DNA of 64,000 nucleotides from NCBI RefSeq assembly GCF_054482595.1, contig NZ_CM137008.1; one strand, 5' to 3'. Shown piece by piece: positions 11,281 to 22,722 of this stretch (position 1 is its first letter; each line of letters starts with the position of its first letter). The notes under the pieces were generated by a model. It saw only the letters and a program-made list of their open reading frames with translations, ran no database searches and was not told where the DNA came from. The position numbers and the translations under genes were made by a program.

Positions 11281-13214
11281 GGGCAAATCCAGGCAGCATA
11301 TCAATACGTCGGCTGAACGTGACATTATTCCCTTACGCTCACGGTTAACGGTAGGTGATAGTTATACCGATGGCGATATTTTTGATAGTGTGAACTTTCG
11401 TGGCCTCAAAATAAATTCAACAGAAGCGATGTTGCCCGATAGCCAACATGGTTTCGCTCCTGTGATTCATGGTATTGCCCGTGGAACCGCACAAGTGAGT
11501 GTAAAACAGAACGGATACGATGTTTATCAGACTACTGTTCCACCCGGCCCTTTTACTATTGATGATATCAACTCTGCGACCAATGGTGGTGATCTGCAAG
11601 TAACCATAAAAGAGGCAGACGGCAGTATTCAGACATTATATGTTCCTTATTCGTCTGTTCCGGTTCTCCAACGTGCTGGATATACGCGTTATGCGCTTGC
11701 CATGGGGGAATATCGTAGTGGAAATAACCTGCAAAGCTCTCCCAAGTTCATACAAGGTAGCTTGATGCATGGTCTGGAAGGAAACTGGACACCTTATGGC
11801 GGAATGCAAATTGCAGAAGATTATCAGGCCTTCAACCTTGGTATTGGGAAAGATTTAGGACTTTTTGGTGCCTTTTCTTTCGATATCACGCAGGCCAATA
11901 CGACACTTGCAGATGGCACCCGTCACAGTGGGCAATCGGTTAAATCCGTCTACAGCAAATCCTTCTACCAGACAGGAACCAATATCCAGGTCGCAGGATA
12001 TCGCTATTCTACGCAAGGTTTTTATAACTTATCCGACAGTGCCTACAGTCGAATGAGTGGTTACACCGTCAAGCCTCCTACCGGAGACAGCAATGAGCAG
12101 ACACAATTTATTGATTATTTTAATCTGTTCTACAGTAAGCGTGGTCAGGAACAAATAAGCATCTCTCAGCAGCTTGGAAATTACGGTACGACATTTTTCA
12201 GTGCCAGTCGCCAAAGTTACTGGAACACGTCACGCAGCGACCAGCAAATATCATTTGGATTAAATGTGCCGTTTGGTGATATTACGACTTCACTGAATTA
12301 CAGCTATTCCAATAATATATGGCAAAACGATCGGGATCATTTACTCGCTTTTACGCTTAATGTTCCCTTCAGTCATTGGATGCGTACAGACAGTCAGTCG
12401 GCATTTCGTAATTCAAACGCCAGTTACAGTATGTCAAACGATTTGAAAGGCGGCATGACCAATCTATCGGGGGTTTATGGCACTCTGCTGCCGGATAATA
12501 ACCTGAATTATAGCGTTCAGGTCGGTAACACCCACGGAGGTAATACATCGTCTGGCACCAGTGGTTACAGTTCTCTTAATTATCGTGGAGCTTACGGTAA
12601 TACGAATGTCGGTTACAGTCGGAGTGGTGACAGCAGCCAGATCTATTACGGAATGAGTGGTGGGATTATTGCTCATGCTGATGGCATCACCTTTGGACAG
12701 CCGCTGGGCGACACAATGGTTCTGGTTAAGGCTCCTGGCGCTGATAATGTCAAAATAGAGAACCAGACCGGAATTCATACCGACTGGCGTGGCTATGCAA
12801 TATTACCATTTGCGACAGAATATAGAGAAAATCGTGTCGCTCTTAACGCGAATTCCCTTGCAGATAATGTTGAACTGGATGAAACCGTAGTCACTGTCAT
12901 CCCAACTCACGGTGCTATTGCCAGAGCAACATTTAATGCACAAATCGGCGGGAAAGTATTAATGACGTTGAAGTACGGTAATAAAAGCGTTCCATTCGGT
13001 GCAATTGTCACTCACGGAGAGAATAAAAATGGCAGCATTGTCGCGGAAAATGGTCAGGTTTATCTGACTGGACTTCCACAGTCAGGGAAATTACAGGTTT
13101 CATGGGGCAATGATAAAAACTCAAACTGTATTGTCGATTACAAGCTTCCTGAAGTCTCTCCTGGAACCTTGCTGAACCAGCAGACAGCAATCTGTCGCTA
13201 AGGAACAATAGATT

Positions 13215-13745
13215 ATGAAATACAATAACGTTATTTTCCTCGGTTTATGTCTGGGGTTAACCACCTATTCTGCTTTATCCGCAGATAGCGTTATTAAAAT
13301 TAGCGGGCGCGTCCTCGATTATGGCTGCACAGTCTCATCGGATTCGCTTAATTTTACCGTAGATCTCCAAAAAAACAGTGCCAGACAATTTCCAACGACC
13401 GGTAGCACAAGTCCAGCCGTCCCTTTTCAGATTACGTTAAGTGAATGCAGCAAAGGGACAACGGGGGTTCGGGTTGCATTTAACGGTATTGAGGATGCAG
13501 AAAATAATACTCTGTTGAAACTGGATGAGGGAAGCAATACGGCCTCCGGTTTAGGTATAGAAATACTGGACGGAAATATGCGTCCGGTGAAACTGAATGA
13601 CCTTCATGCCGGGATGCAGTGGATCCCACTGGTACCAGAACAGAACAATATTTTGCCTTACTCCGCTCGTCTGAAGTCAACTCAGAAGTCCGTCAATCCG
13701 GGACTGGTGAGGGCTTCGGCAACCTTTACCCTTGAATTTCAATAA
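13215..13745 (+). CDS. ydeS: Fimbrial minor subunit (FimF/FimG-like), 176 aa
   Basis: Signal peptide plus pilin-domain ORF directly after the usher. Confidence 0.8.
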   Translation: MKYNNVIFLGLCLGLTTYSALSADSVIKISGRVLDYGCTVSSDSLNFTVDLQKNSARQFPTTGSTSPAVPFQITLSECSKGTTGVRVAFNGIEDAENNTLLKLDEGSNTASGLGIEILDGNMRPVKLNDLHAGMQWIPLVPEQNNILPYSARLKSTQKSVNPGLVRASATFTLEFQ

Positions 13746-13757
13746 TCAGAGTCAGAT

Positions 13758-14261
13758 ATGAAAAGACTTCACAAGAGGTTCCTGTTAGCTACGTTTTGCG
13801 CGTTATTCACAGCAACTCTCCAGGCCGCCGATGTCACTATCACTGTTAATGGTCGGGTAGTCGCTAAACCCTGCACTATTCAAACCAAAGAAGCTAACGT
13901 TAATCTCGGGGATCTTTATACGCGCAATCTGCAACAACCTGGTTCTGCATCTGGCTGGCACAATATTACTTTGTCATTAACCGATTGTCCGGCTGAAACA
14001 AGTGCAGTGACGGCAATCGTGACAGGTTCAACTGACAATACGGGTTATTACAAAAATGAAGGTACTGCCGAAAATATTCAGATAGAGCTTAGGGATGACC
14101 AGGATGCGACGTTAAAAAATGGCGATAGCAAAACGGTTATTGTTGATGAGATCACTCGTAATGCACAGTTTCCACTTAAGGCAAGAGCTATCACGGTGAA
14201 TGGAAACGCAAGCCAGGGAACGATCGAGGCGCTAATCAATGTGATCTACACCTGGCAATAA
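13758..14261 (+). CDS. ydeR: Fimbrial minor subunit (FimG-like), 167 aa
   Basis: Signal peptide plus pilin-domain ORF. Confidence 0.8.
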   Translation: MKRLHKRFLLATFCALFTATLQAADVTITVNGRVVAKPCTIQTKEANVNLGDLYTRNLQQPGSASGWHNITLSLTDCPAETSAVTAIVTGSTDNTGYYKNEGTAENIQIELRDDQDATLKNGDSKTVIVDEITRNAQFPLKARAITVNGNASQGTIEALINVIYTWQ

Positions 14262-14320
14262 CGTCGATTCGATTTTCTTAGCCTTCTTTTTAAATCAATT
14301 TTTTAACCTTAGGATATATC

Positions 14321-15235
14321 ATGGGTAAAACAATCAGTATAAAGGTCCTGTTCGGTATTTATCTTCTATTAATGGCAGGCAAAGTTTTTGCCTTCAGTTG
14401 TAATGTCGATGGCGGGTCAAGTATTGGAGCTGGTACAACCTCTGTTTATGTTAATCTCGACCCTGTAATACAGCCGGGCCAGAATCTGGTTGTAGACTTG
14501 TCTCAGCATATAAGTTGCTGGAATGATTACGGCGGCTGGTACGACACTGATCATATAAACCTGGTACAAGGCTCAGCTTTCGCAGGCTCTCTACAGTCAT
14601 ATAAAGGATCGCTGTACTGGAATAATGTGACCTACCCCTTCCCGTTGACGACAAATACCAACGTATTGGATATTGGTGATAAGACACCGATGCCATTACC
14701 GTTAAAACTCTATATTACCCCAGTCGGGGCGGCCGGTGGAGTTGTCATAAAAGCCGGGGAAGTTATTGCCCGTATTCATATGTATAAAATTGCCACGTTA
14801 GGAAGCGGAAATCCGCGTAATTTTACGTGGAATATTATTTCAAATAACAGTGTTGTTATGCCAACAGGCGGCTGCACTGTTGATAGTCGTAATGTCACCG
14901 TGAATCTCCCGGACTTTCCTGGAAGCGCAGAAATCCCCCTTGGCGTATATTGCTCAAGCGAACAAAAGCTCTCATTTTATCTTTCGGGTGCCACCACTGA
15001 CAGTGCCCGACAAGTGTTTGCTAACACAGCACCTGATGCAACAAAAGCATCGGGAGTGGGTGTCTCTCTGATGCGTAATGGAAAAATACTGGCTACGGGA
15101 GAAAATATCTCCCTGGGGACAGTAAATAAAAGCAAAGTACCTCTGGGTTTAAGCGCAACCTATGGACAAACAGGAAACAAGGTTTCAGCCGGAACCGTCC
15201 AGTCAGTCATTGGTGTCACTTTTATCTATGAATAA
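14321..15235 (+). CDS. ydeQ: Fimbrial tip adhesin, FimH-like two-domain protein, 304 aa
   Basis: Size, signal peptide and position as last gene of the chaperone-usher cluster. Confidence 0.8.
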   Translation: MGKTISIKVLFGIYLLLMAGKVFAFSCNVDGGSSIGAGTTSVYVNLDPVIQPGQNLVVDLSQHISCWNDYGGWYDTDHINLVQGSAFAGSLQSYKGSLYWNNVTYPFPLTTNTNVLDIGDKTPMPLPLKLYITPVGAAGGVVIKAGEVIARIHMYKIATLGSGNPRNFTWNIISNNSVVMPTGGCTVDSRNVTVNLPDFPGSAEIPLGVYCSSEQKLSFYLSGATTDSARQVFANTAPDATKASGVGVSLMRNGKILATGENISLGTVNKSKVPLGLSATYGQTGNKVSAGTVQSVIGVTFIYE

Positions 15236-15307
15236 TTGTGATTTTGACATTGGTCTATGCGCTCCATTCACGAAAATTGCGCGGATAATTATTTTGTGAA
15301 GGCTATT

Positions 15308-15325
15308 ATCCTACACCTGTAAGAA
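15308..15325 (+). promoter_or_regulatory. Candidate EvgA box (ATCCTACA-CC-TGTAAGAA) upstream of ydeP
   Basis: 18-bp inverted repeat matching the EvgA consensus TTCYTACA-N2-TGTARGAA; coordinates approx. Confidence 0.55.
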
Positions 15326-15568
15326 AATCCGCGCACAATTGAAGCCAGAGTCTTATTTTTTATATTAAAAAATATGTTAATTTAAACACTATGAGAGATG
15401 ATGCTTACCTTATCGTATTTAATCTATTGTTTAACGATAATAGATTAAAAATAGAAAGAGAGTAGTCCCCTACTCTTATATATCCATGTTGGCGATAATC
15501 CCTTTGTATGTACTGTGCATCATCGCTATTACAAATCCTAATAATTCATTTCCACACAGGATAAGTAG

Positions 15569-17848
15569 ATGAAGATAAAAATTGAATCCTACCAGGGAGC
15601 TGCCGGTGGTTGGGGTGCTGTTAAATCCGTAGCGAATGCAGTACGTAAGCAGATGGATATACGCCAGGATGTTATTGCCATGTTTGACATGAATAAGCCA
15701 GAGGGCTTTGACTGTCCGGGTTGTGCATGGCCAGATCCTAAGCACAGTGCGTCATTCGACATTTGTGAAAACGGCGCAAAAGCAATCGCCTGGGAAGTCA
15801 CGGATAAGCAGGTAAACGCCTCTTTCTTTGCTGAGAATACGGTTCAATCATTACTTACCTGGGGAGACCACGAGCTTGAGGCTGCGGGGCGACTCACTCA
15901 GCCTTTGAAATATGATGCCGTCAGCGACTGTTACAAGCCATTAAGCTGGCAACAAGCTTTCGATGAAATTGGCGCACGCCTTCAAAGCTATAGTGATCCC
16001 AATCAGGTTGAATTCTATACTTCGGGCCGCACTTCCAATGAGGCTGCCTTTCTTTATCAGCTTTTTGCCCGTGAATACGGGAGCAATAACTTTCCCGACT
16101 GCTCCAACATGTGCCATGAACCGACAAGCGTGGGTTTGGCAGCGAGTATCGGTGTAGGTAAAGGGACCGTGTTGCTGGAAGACTTTGAGAAGTGCGATTT
16201 AGTCATTTGCATTGGGCATAACCCTGGTACAAACCACCCTCGCATGCTGACTTCGTTGCGCGCTTTAGTGAAACGGGGAGCGAAAATGATCGCCATCAAT
16301 CCTCTACAGGAACGTGGCCTGGAGCGATTTACCGCACCGCAAAACCCGTTTGAAATGCTGACGAACTCTGAGACTCAGTTGGCCAGTGCCTACTACAACG
16401 TGCGCATTGGTGGCGATATGGCGTTGCTCAAGGGGATGATGCGCCTGTTAATTGAGCGCGATGATGCTGCAAGTGCCGCAGGTCGGCCCTCATTGCTGGA
16501 TGACGAATTTATTCAAACGCATACCGTCGGCTTTGACGAGCTACGCCGTGACGTTCTCAATTCCGAGTGGAAAGATATCGAACGTATTTCTGGACTAAGT
16601 CAGACACAAATCGCCGAACTGGCTGATGCATATGCCGCTGCCGAACGCACCATTATCTGTTACGGAATGGGGATCACTCAGCACGAACATGGTACCCAGA
16701 ATGTACAGCAACTGGTCAATCTGCTGTTGATGAAAGGTAACATTGGCAAGCCTGGTGCGGGTATCTGCCCACTACGTGGCCACTCTAATGTACAGGGCGA
16801 CCGAACCGTCGGTATCACCGAGAAACCGTCTGCAGAGTTTCTGGCTCGCCTGGGTGAGCGCTATGGCTTCACTCCACCTCAAGCACCTGGACATGCTGCA
16901 ATTGCCAGCATGCAAGCAATATGTTCAGGGCAGGCTCGAGCATTGATCTGCATGGGGGGCAACTTTGCACTGGCAATGCCAGATCGGGAAGCGAGCGCTG
17001 TACCGTTAACGCAATTAGATCTGGCGGTACACGTAGCCACTAAGCTTAACCGCTCTCATCTGCTGACCGCACGGCATAGCTATATTCTGCCGGTTCTGGG
17101 ACGTAGCGAGATTGACATGCAAAAAAGCGGTGCGCAGGCGGTAACCGTTGAGGATTCAATGTCGATGATTCATGCCTCGCGTGGCGTGTTAAAACCCGCC
17201 GGTGTAATGCTGAAATCAGAGTGTGCAGTGGTCGCGGGAATCGCGCAGGCAGCACTACCCCAGAGCGTGGTAGCCTGGGAGTATCTGGTGGAAGATTATG
17301 ATCGCATTCGCAATGACATTGAAGCTGTGCTGCCAGAGTTCGCCGATTATAACCAGCGCATCCGACATCCTGGTGGTTTTCACCTGATAAACGCTGCTGC
17401 TGAAAGGCGCTGGATGACTCAGTCAGGTAAGGCTAATTTCATTACCAGCAAAGGGCTGTTAGAAGATCCCTCTTCAGCGTTTAACAGTAAGCTGGTCATG
17501 GCGACAGTACGCAGCCACGATCAGTACAACACGACGATTTATGGTATGGATGATCGCTATCGAGGGGTATTCGGTCAACGAGATGTGGTCTTTATGAGTG
17601 CTAAACAAGCTAAAATTTGCCGTGTAAAAAACGGCGAAAGAGTTAATCTTATTGCGCTTACGCCAGACGGTAAGCGCAGCTCACGCCGCATGGATAGATT
17701 AAAAGTGGTCATTTACCCTATGGCTGACCGCTCACTGGTGACCTATTTTCCAGAATCGAATCACATGCTAACACTTGATAACCACGATCCATTAAGTGGC
17801 ATTCCTGGCTATAAAAGTATTCCGGTTGAATTAGAACCATCAAATTAA
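15569..17848 (+). CDS. ydeP: Molybdopterin oxidoreductase of the formate-dehydrogenase-like family, acid-resistance protein (759 aa)
   Basis: Full-length ORF with N-terminal Cys cluster (CPGC) and molybdopterin-oxidoreductase domains. Confidence 0.9.
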   Translation: MKIKIESYQGAAGGWGAVKSVANAVRKQMDIRQDVIAMFDMNKPEGFDCPGCAWPDPKHSASFDICENGAKAIAWEVTDKQVNASFFAENTVQSLLTWGDHELEAAGRLTQPLKYDAVSDCYKPLSWQQAFDEIGARLQSYSDPNQVEFYTSGRTSNEAAFLYQLFAREYGSNNFPDCSNMCHEPTSVGLAASIGVGKGTVLLEDFEKCDLVICIGHNPGTNHPRMLTSLRALVKRGAKMIAINPLQERGLERFTAPQNPFEMLTNSETQLASAYYNVRIGGDMALLKGMMRLLIERDDAASAAGRPSLLDDEFIQTHTVGFDELRRDVLNSEWKDIERISGLSQTQIAELADAYAAAERTIICYGMGITQHEHGTQNVQQLVNLLLMKGNIGKPGAGICPLRGHSNVQGDRTVGITEKPSAEFLARLGERYGFTPPQAPGHAAIASMQAICSGQARALICMGGNFALAMPDREASAVPLTQLDLAVHVATKLNRSHLLTARHSYILPVLGRSEIDMQKSGAQAVTVEDSMSMIHASRGVLKPAGVMLKSECAVVAGIAQAALPQSVVAWEYLVEDYDRIRNDIEAVLPEFADYNQRIRHPGGFHLINAAAERRWMTQSGKANFITSKGLLEDPSSAFNSKLVMATVRSHDQYNTTIYGMDDRYRGVFGQRDVVFMSAKQAKICRVKNGERVNLIALTPDGKRSSRRMDRLKVVIYPMADRSLVTYFPESNHMLTLDNHDPLSGIPGYKSIPVELEPSN

Positions 17849-17966
17849 TGCCTCTTCTCATTTCTTCTGCTGTCATCCGCACAGCAGAAGAATACCTCAT
17901 TGACTATTATCGCGCAATTTGCTCACATGGATTAAATTAAACTACATACTATAAGATATAAACTTC

Positions 17967-17984
17967 TGCCTACAGCTGTAAGAA
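17967..17984 (+). promoter_or_regulatory. Candidate EvgA box (TGCCTACA-GC-TGTAAGAA) upstream of safA-ydeO
   Basis: Same 18-bp inverted repeat as upstream of ydeP, including a shared flanking AAnTCCGC; coordinates approx. Confidence 0.55.
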
Positions 17985-18095
17985 ACTCCGCTCAGTACTG
18001 AAGTACCAGTCCTATTTCCTCTTTTCTCAAGCCTGTTATATTAAGCATACTGATTAACGATTTTCAACGTTATCCGCTAAATAAACATATTTGAA

Positions 18096-18293
18096 ATGCA
18101 TGCGACCACAGTGAAAAACAAAATCACGCAAAGAGACAACTATAAAGAAATCATGTCTGTAATTGTGGTTGTCTTATTACTGACCCTTACGTTGATAGCC
18201 ATTTTTTCGGCAATTGATCAGCTGGGTATTTCAGAAATGGGTCGCATTGCAAGAGATCTTACACATTTCATTATCAATAGTTTGCAAGACTGA
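18096..18293 (+). CDS. safA: SafA, small membrane connector between EvgS/EvgA and PhoQ/PhoP (65 aa)
   Basis: Translation MHATTVKNKITQRDNYKEIMSVIVVVLLLTLTLIAIFSAIDQLGISEMGRIARDLTHFIINSLQD. Confidence 0.85.
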   Translation: MHATTVKNKITQRDNYKEIMSVIVVVLLLTLTLIAIFSAIDQLGISEMGRIARDLTHFIINSLQD

Positions 18294-18366
18294 AAATAAA
18301 CAGCGAATTATAAATATGAAATGTTAAAAAAGTATCGATAAAACTTTATTGTTTTAAGGAGATAAA

Positions 18367-19128
18367 ATGTCGCTCGTTTGTTCTGTTATATTTGTTCATC
18401 ATGCTTTCAACGCTAACATTTTAGATAAAGATTACGCCTTCTCTGACGGCGAGATCCTGATGGTAGATAACGCTGTTCGTACACATTTTGAACCTTATGA
18501 GCGGCATTTTAAAGAAATCGGATTTAATGAAAATACCATTAAAAAATATCTACAATGCACTAACATCCAGACAGTGACGGTGCCTGTTCCTGCGAAGTTT
18601 TTACGTGCTTCAAATGTACCGACTGGATTGCTTAATGAAATGATTGCTTATCTCAACTCGGAAGAACGCAATCATCATAATTTTTCAGAACTTTTGCTTT
18701 TTTCTTGCCTGTCTATTTTTGCCGCATGCAAAGGTTTCATTACACTATTAACTAACGGTGTGCTATCCGTTTCCGGGAAAGTGAGAAATATTGTCAACAT
18801 GAAGCTGGCGCACCCATGGAAGCTGAAAGATATTTGTGACTGCCTGTACATCAGTGAAAGCCTGTTGAAGAAAAAACTAAAGCAAGAGCAAACGACATTC
18901 TCACAGATTCTATTAGATGCCAGAATGCAGCACGCAAAAAATTTGATACGCGTAGAAGGTTCAGTCAATAAAATTGCCGAACAATGTGGTTATGCCAGTA
19001 CATCTTATTTTATTTATGCGTTCCGCAAACATTTCGGCAACAGTCCGAAGAGAGTTTCTAAGGAGTACCGTTGTCAAAGGCACACCGGTATGAACACGGA
19101 CAACACGATGAGTGCTTTAGCTATTTGA
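18367..19128 (+). CDS. ydeO: AraC-family transcriptional activator of acid resistance (253 aa)
   Basis: C-terminal AraC HTH domain; gene order safA-ydeO. Confidence 0.9.
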   Translation: MSLVCSVIFVHHAFNANILDKDYAFSDGEILMVDNAVRTHFEPYERHFKEIGFNENTIKKYLQCTNIQTVTVPVPAKFLRASNVPTGLLNEMIAYLNSEERNHHNFSELLLFSCLSIFAACKGFITLLTNGVLSVSGKVRNIVNMKLAHPWKLKDICDCLYISESLLKKKLKQEQTTFSQILLDARMQHAKNLIRVEGSVNKIAEQCGYASTSYFIYAFRKHFGNSPKRVSKEYRCQRHTGMNTDNTMSALAI

Positions 19129-19175
19129 TTATTTGCTAACGGGTAGTCAACCACACACGCTACGTAAGAATTAAA

Positions 19176-19208
19176 TGGGGCAGCCATTCCTTGCCCCGCG
19201 TTGTTTTT
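19176..19208 (+). terminator. Intrinsic terminator after ydeO (GGGGCAGCCATTCCTTGCCCC then T tract)
   Basis: GC-rich hairpin followed by TTGTTTTT. Confidence 0.55.
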
Positions 19209-19529
19209 AGGCGATATATTTATTGAAATAAATAAGTGACATTCATCACATATTTATGCATTTGCATAACCTGTTGCATGATTATTTATGATCTCAATTC
19301 GGCATTTTGTCAGTAAAATACAATAATTTATTAAATATCAATAGATTAGTTGTTTATCGGCGAGAAATTACTTAGTAGAACAGAAAGTAATGTCAACGCT
19401 TTATGGACTGTTATTTCCCTTTTTTTAGCTAAATCTGCTATCTCTTTATGTGACTAACTTCACTTACATCCACTTATTTCTCTTCGTAAAATTACTTTGG
19501 AATTAAGTACAATAAGAAGAGGAACATTT

Positions 19530-21212
19530 ATGAAGTCTGCATTAAAGAAAAGTGTCGTAAGTACCTCGATATCTTTGATACTGGCATCTGGTATGGCTGC
19601 ATTTGCTGCTCATGCGGCAGATGATGTAAAGCTGAAAGCAACCAAAACAAACGTTGCTTTCTCAGACTTTACGCCGACTGAATACAGTACCAAAGGAAAG
19701 CCAAATATTATCGTACTGACCATGGATGATCTTGGTTATGGACAACTTCCTTTTGATAAGGGATCTTTTGACCCAAAAACAATGGAAAATCGTGAAGTTG
19801 TCGATACCTACAAAATAGGGATAGATAAAGCCATTGAAGCTGCGCAAAAATCAACGCCGACGCTCCTTTCATTAATGGATGAAGGCGTACGTTTTACTAA
19901 CGGCTATGTGGCGCACGGTGTTTCCGGCCCCTCCCGCGCCGCAATAATGACCGGTCGAGCGCCCGCCCGCTTTGGTGTCTATTCCAATACCGATGCTCAG
20001 GATGGTATTCCGCTAACAGAAACTTTCTTGCCTGAATTATTCCAAAATCATGGTTATTACACTGCAGCAGTAGGTAAATGGCACTTGTCAAAAATCAGTA
20101 ATGTGCCGGTACCGGAAGACAAACAAACACGTGACTATCATGACAACTTCACCACATTTTCTGCGGAAGAATGGCAACCTCAAAACCGTGGCTTTGATTA
20201 CTTTATGGGATTCCACGCTGCAGGAACGGCATATTACAACTCCCCTTCACTGTTCAAAAATCGTGAACGCGTCCCCGCAAAAGGTTATATCAGCGATCAG
20301 TTAACCGATGAGGCAATTGGCGTTGTTGATCGTGCCAAAACACTTGACCAGCCTTTTATGCTTTACCTGGCTTATAATGCTCCGCACCTGCCAAATGATA
20401 ATCCTGCACCGGAGCAATATCAGAAGCAATTTAATACCGGTAGTCAAACGGCAGATAACTACTACGCTTCCGTTTATTCTGTTGATCAGGGTGTAAAACG
20501 CATTCTCGAACAACTGAAGAAAAACGGACAGTATGACAATACTATTATTCTCTTTACCTCCGATAATGGTGCGGTTATCGATGGTCCTCTGCCGCTGAAC
20601 GGGGCGCAAAAAGGCTATAAGAGTCAGACCTATCCTGGCGGTACTCACACCCCAATGTTTATGTGGTGGAAAGGAAAACTTCAACCCGGTAATTATGACA
20701 AGCTGATTTCCGCAATGGATTTCTACCCGACAGCTCTTGATGCAGCCGATATCAGCATTCCAAAAGACCTTAAGCTGGATGGCGTTTCCTTGCTGCCCTG
20801 GTTGCAAGATAAGAAACAAGGCGAGCCACATAAAAATCTGACCTGGATAACCTCTTATTCTCACTGGTTTGATGAGGAAAATATTCCATTCTGGGATAAC
20901 TACCACAAATTTGTCCGTCATCAGTCAGACGATTACCCGCATAACCCCAACACTGAGGACTTAAGCCAATTCTCTTATACGGTGAGAAATAACGATTATT
21001 CGCTTGTCTATACAGTAGAAAACAATCAGTTAGGTCTCTACAAACTGACGGATCTACAGCAAAAAGATAACCTTGCCGCCGCCAATCCGCAGGTCGTTAA
21101 AGAGATGCAAGGCGTGGTAAGAGAGTTTATCGACAGCAGCCAGCCACCGCTTAGCGAAGTAAATCAGGAGAAGTTTAACAATATCAAGAAAGCACTAAGC
21201 GAAGCGAAATAA
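19530..21212 (+). CDS. ydeN: Ser-type sulfatase (arylsulfatase family), secreted (560 aa)
   Basis: Signal peptide; sulfatase signature S-G-P-S-R in HGVSGPSRAAIMTGR; track ORF begins 11 codons upstream, I chose MKSALKK. Confidence 0.85.
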   Translation: MKSALKKSVVSTSISLILASGMAAFAAHAADDVKLKATKTNVAFSDFTPTEYSTKGKPNIIVLTMDDLGYGQLPFDKGSFDPKTMENREVVDTYKIGIDKAIEAAQKSTPTLLSLMDEGVRFTNGYVAHGVSGPSRAAIMTGRAPARFGVYSNTDAQDGIPLTETFLPELFQNHGYYTAAVGKWHLSKISNVPVPEDKQTRDYHDNFTTFSAEEWQPQNRGFDYFMGFHAAGTAYYNSPSLFKNRERVPAKGYISDQLTDEAIGVVDRAKTLDQPFMLYLAYNAPHLPNDNPAPEQYQKQFNTGSQTADNYYASVYSVDQGVKRILEQLKKNGQYDNTIILFTSDNGAVIDGPLPLNGAQKGYKSQTYPGGTHTPMFMWWKGKLQPGNYDKLISAMDFYPTALDAADISIPKDLKLDGVSLLPWLQDKKQGEPHKNLTWITSYSHWFDEENIPFWDNYHKFVRHQSDDYPHNPNTEDLSQFSYTVRNNDYSLVYTVENNQLGLYKLTDLQQKDNLAAANPQVVKEMQGVVREFIDSSQPPLSEVNQEKFNNIKKALSEAK

Positions 21213-21263
21213 CTAAACCTTCATGCGGCGGAATTTTCCGCCGCCTTATTGAGCGAGATAGCG

Positions 21264-22421
21264 ATGCACGTTACAGCCAAGCCCTCCAGTTTTCAATGTA
21301 ATCTCAAATGTGATTACTGTTTTTACCTTGAAAAAGAGTCGCAGTTTACTCATGAAAAATGGATGGATGACAGCACTCTGAAAGAGTTCATCAAACAATA
21401 TATCGCAGCGTCTGGCAATCAGGTCTATTTTACCTGGCAAGGCGGTGAACCCACTCTGGCTGGCCTGGATTTTTTCCGTAAAGTTATTCACTATCAACAA
21501 CGCTATGCAGGCCAAAAACGTATTTTTAATGCATTACAAACGAATGGCATTTTATTGAATAATGAATGGTGTGCCTTTCTCAAAGAACATGAATTTCTGG
21601 TTGGTATCTCGATCGATGGCCCCCAGGAGTTACATGACCGTTACAGACGCAGTAATTCAGGTAACGGTACTTTTACAAAAGTGATAGCAGCCATCGAGCG
21701 TCTGAAATCATATCAAGTAGAGTTTAATACGTTAACCGTCATTAATAACGTTAATGTCCATTACCCTCTTGAGGTTTATCATTTTTTAAAATCTATCGGC
21801 AGTAAACATATGCAATTTATCGAATTGCTAGAAACCGGGACGCCGAATATTGATTTCAGTGGTCATAGTGAGAACACATTCCGTATCATTGATTTTTCTG
21901 TGCCTCCCACGGCTTATGGCAAGTTTATGTCAACCATTTTTATGCAATGGGTTAAAAACGATGTGGGTGAAGTTTTCATCCGTCAGTTTGAAAGCTTTGT
22001 CAGCCGTTTTTTGGGGAATGGGCATACCAGTTGTATTTTCCAGGAGTCCTGCAAGGATAATCTGGTTGTTGAAAGTAATGGAGACATTTACGAATGCGAC
22101 CATTTTGTCTATCCACAGTACAAAATTGGAAACATTAATAAATCTGAACTCAAAACGATGAACAGTGTACAACTGACAGCGCAAAAAAAACGGATTTCAG
22201 CGAAATGTCTGAAATGTGCATATAAACCTATCTGCAATGGCGGTTGTCCTAAGCATCGTATTACTAAAGTAAACAATGAGACTGTTTCTTATTTTTGCGA
22301 AGGTTATAAAATCCTTTTTTCAACCATGGTACCTTATATGAACGCCATGGTAGAGTTAGCTAAGAACAGAGTACCGCTTTATCACATTATGGATGTTGCA
22401 AAACAAATGGAGAATAATTAA
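21264..22421 (+). CDS. ydeM: Radical-SAM anaerobic sulfatase-maturating enzyme homologue (385 aa)
   Basis: CxxxCxxC motif (CNLKCDYC) and C-terminal Cys-rich SPASM-like region; immediately downstream of the sulfatase. Confidence 0.85.
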   Translation: MHVTAKPSSFQCNLKCDYCFYLEKESQFTHEKWMDDSTLKEFIKQYIAASGNQVYFTWQGGEPTLAGLDFFRKVIHYQQRYAGQKRIFNALQTNGILLNNEWCAFLKEHEFLVGISIDGPQELHDRYRRSNSGNGTFTKVIAAIERLKSYQVEFNTLTVINNVNVHYPLEVYHFLKSIGSKHMQFIELLETGTPNIDFSGHSENTFRIIDFSVPPTAYGKFMSTIFMQWVKNDVGEVFIRQFESFVSRFLGNGHTSCIFQESCKDNLVVESNGDIYECDHFVYPQYKIGNINKSELKTMNSVQLTAQKKRISAKCLKCAYKPICNGGCPKHRITKVNNETVSYFCEGYKILFSTMVPYMNAMVELAKNRVPLYHIMDVAKQMENN

Positions 22422-22675
22422 TAACACGCCCTCTTAGCTCCAGTCTTAGCCTACGTCTTATGACCTTAACAAAGCACCCGACATAAATTCCTGTCGGGTG
22501 TGTCGTCATCATCATCTTACCTTGCGAAAATCCTGGCATACGTGGTATGCGTCAGGGCATTAGCAATACCCTTGATTATCAATAGCATAACCATAACCAC
22601 TGAAATTAAAAATTTCTATATATTTCATATTGTTAAATGATACTTAAATAAATTTCATCAGTAAATCATTGCCAT

Positions 22676-22722
22676 AGATAATCATTGGATGGCACAATCA
22701 ATTTTCGCTAATGATAACCATT
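22676..22722 (+). promoter_or_regulatory. Candidate Fur boxes (GATAATCATTGG and AATGATAACCATT) at the yddA start
   Basis: Matches to the GATAATGATAATCATTATC consensus read from sequence; coordinates approx. Confidence 0.4.

Larger units (their letters stand above)
9961..11291 (+). mobile_element. IS2 insertion sequence (1331 bp, IS3 family), flanked by 5-bp direct repeat GGCAG (9956-9960 and 11292-11296)
   Basis: Ends TAGACTGGCCCCCTGAATCTCCAGACA... and ...TGGAAATATAGGGGCAAATCCA; carries insC and insD. Confidence 0.9.
9214..13201 (+). pseudogene. ydeT: FimD-type fimbrial usher interrupted by IS2 (N-terminal part 9214-9960, C-terminal part 11297-13201)
   Basis: N-part ends ...SNKWQ and runs into the IS2 TAG; C-part resumes ...QHINTSAERDIIPLRSRL; both parts are usher-like and rejoin in frame when 1336 bp are removed. 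Confidence 0.85.
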
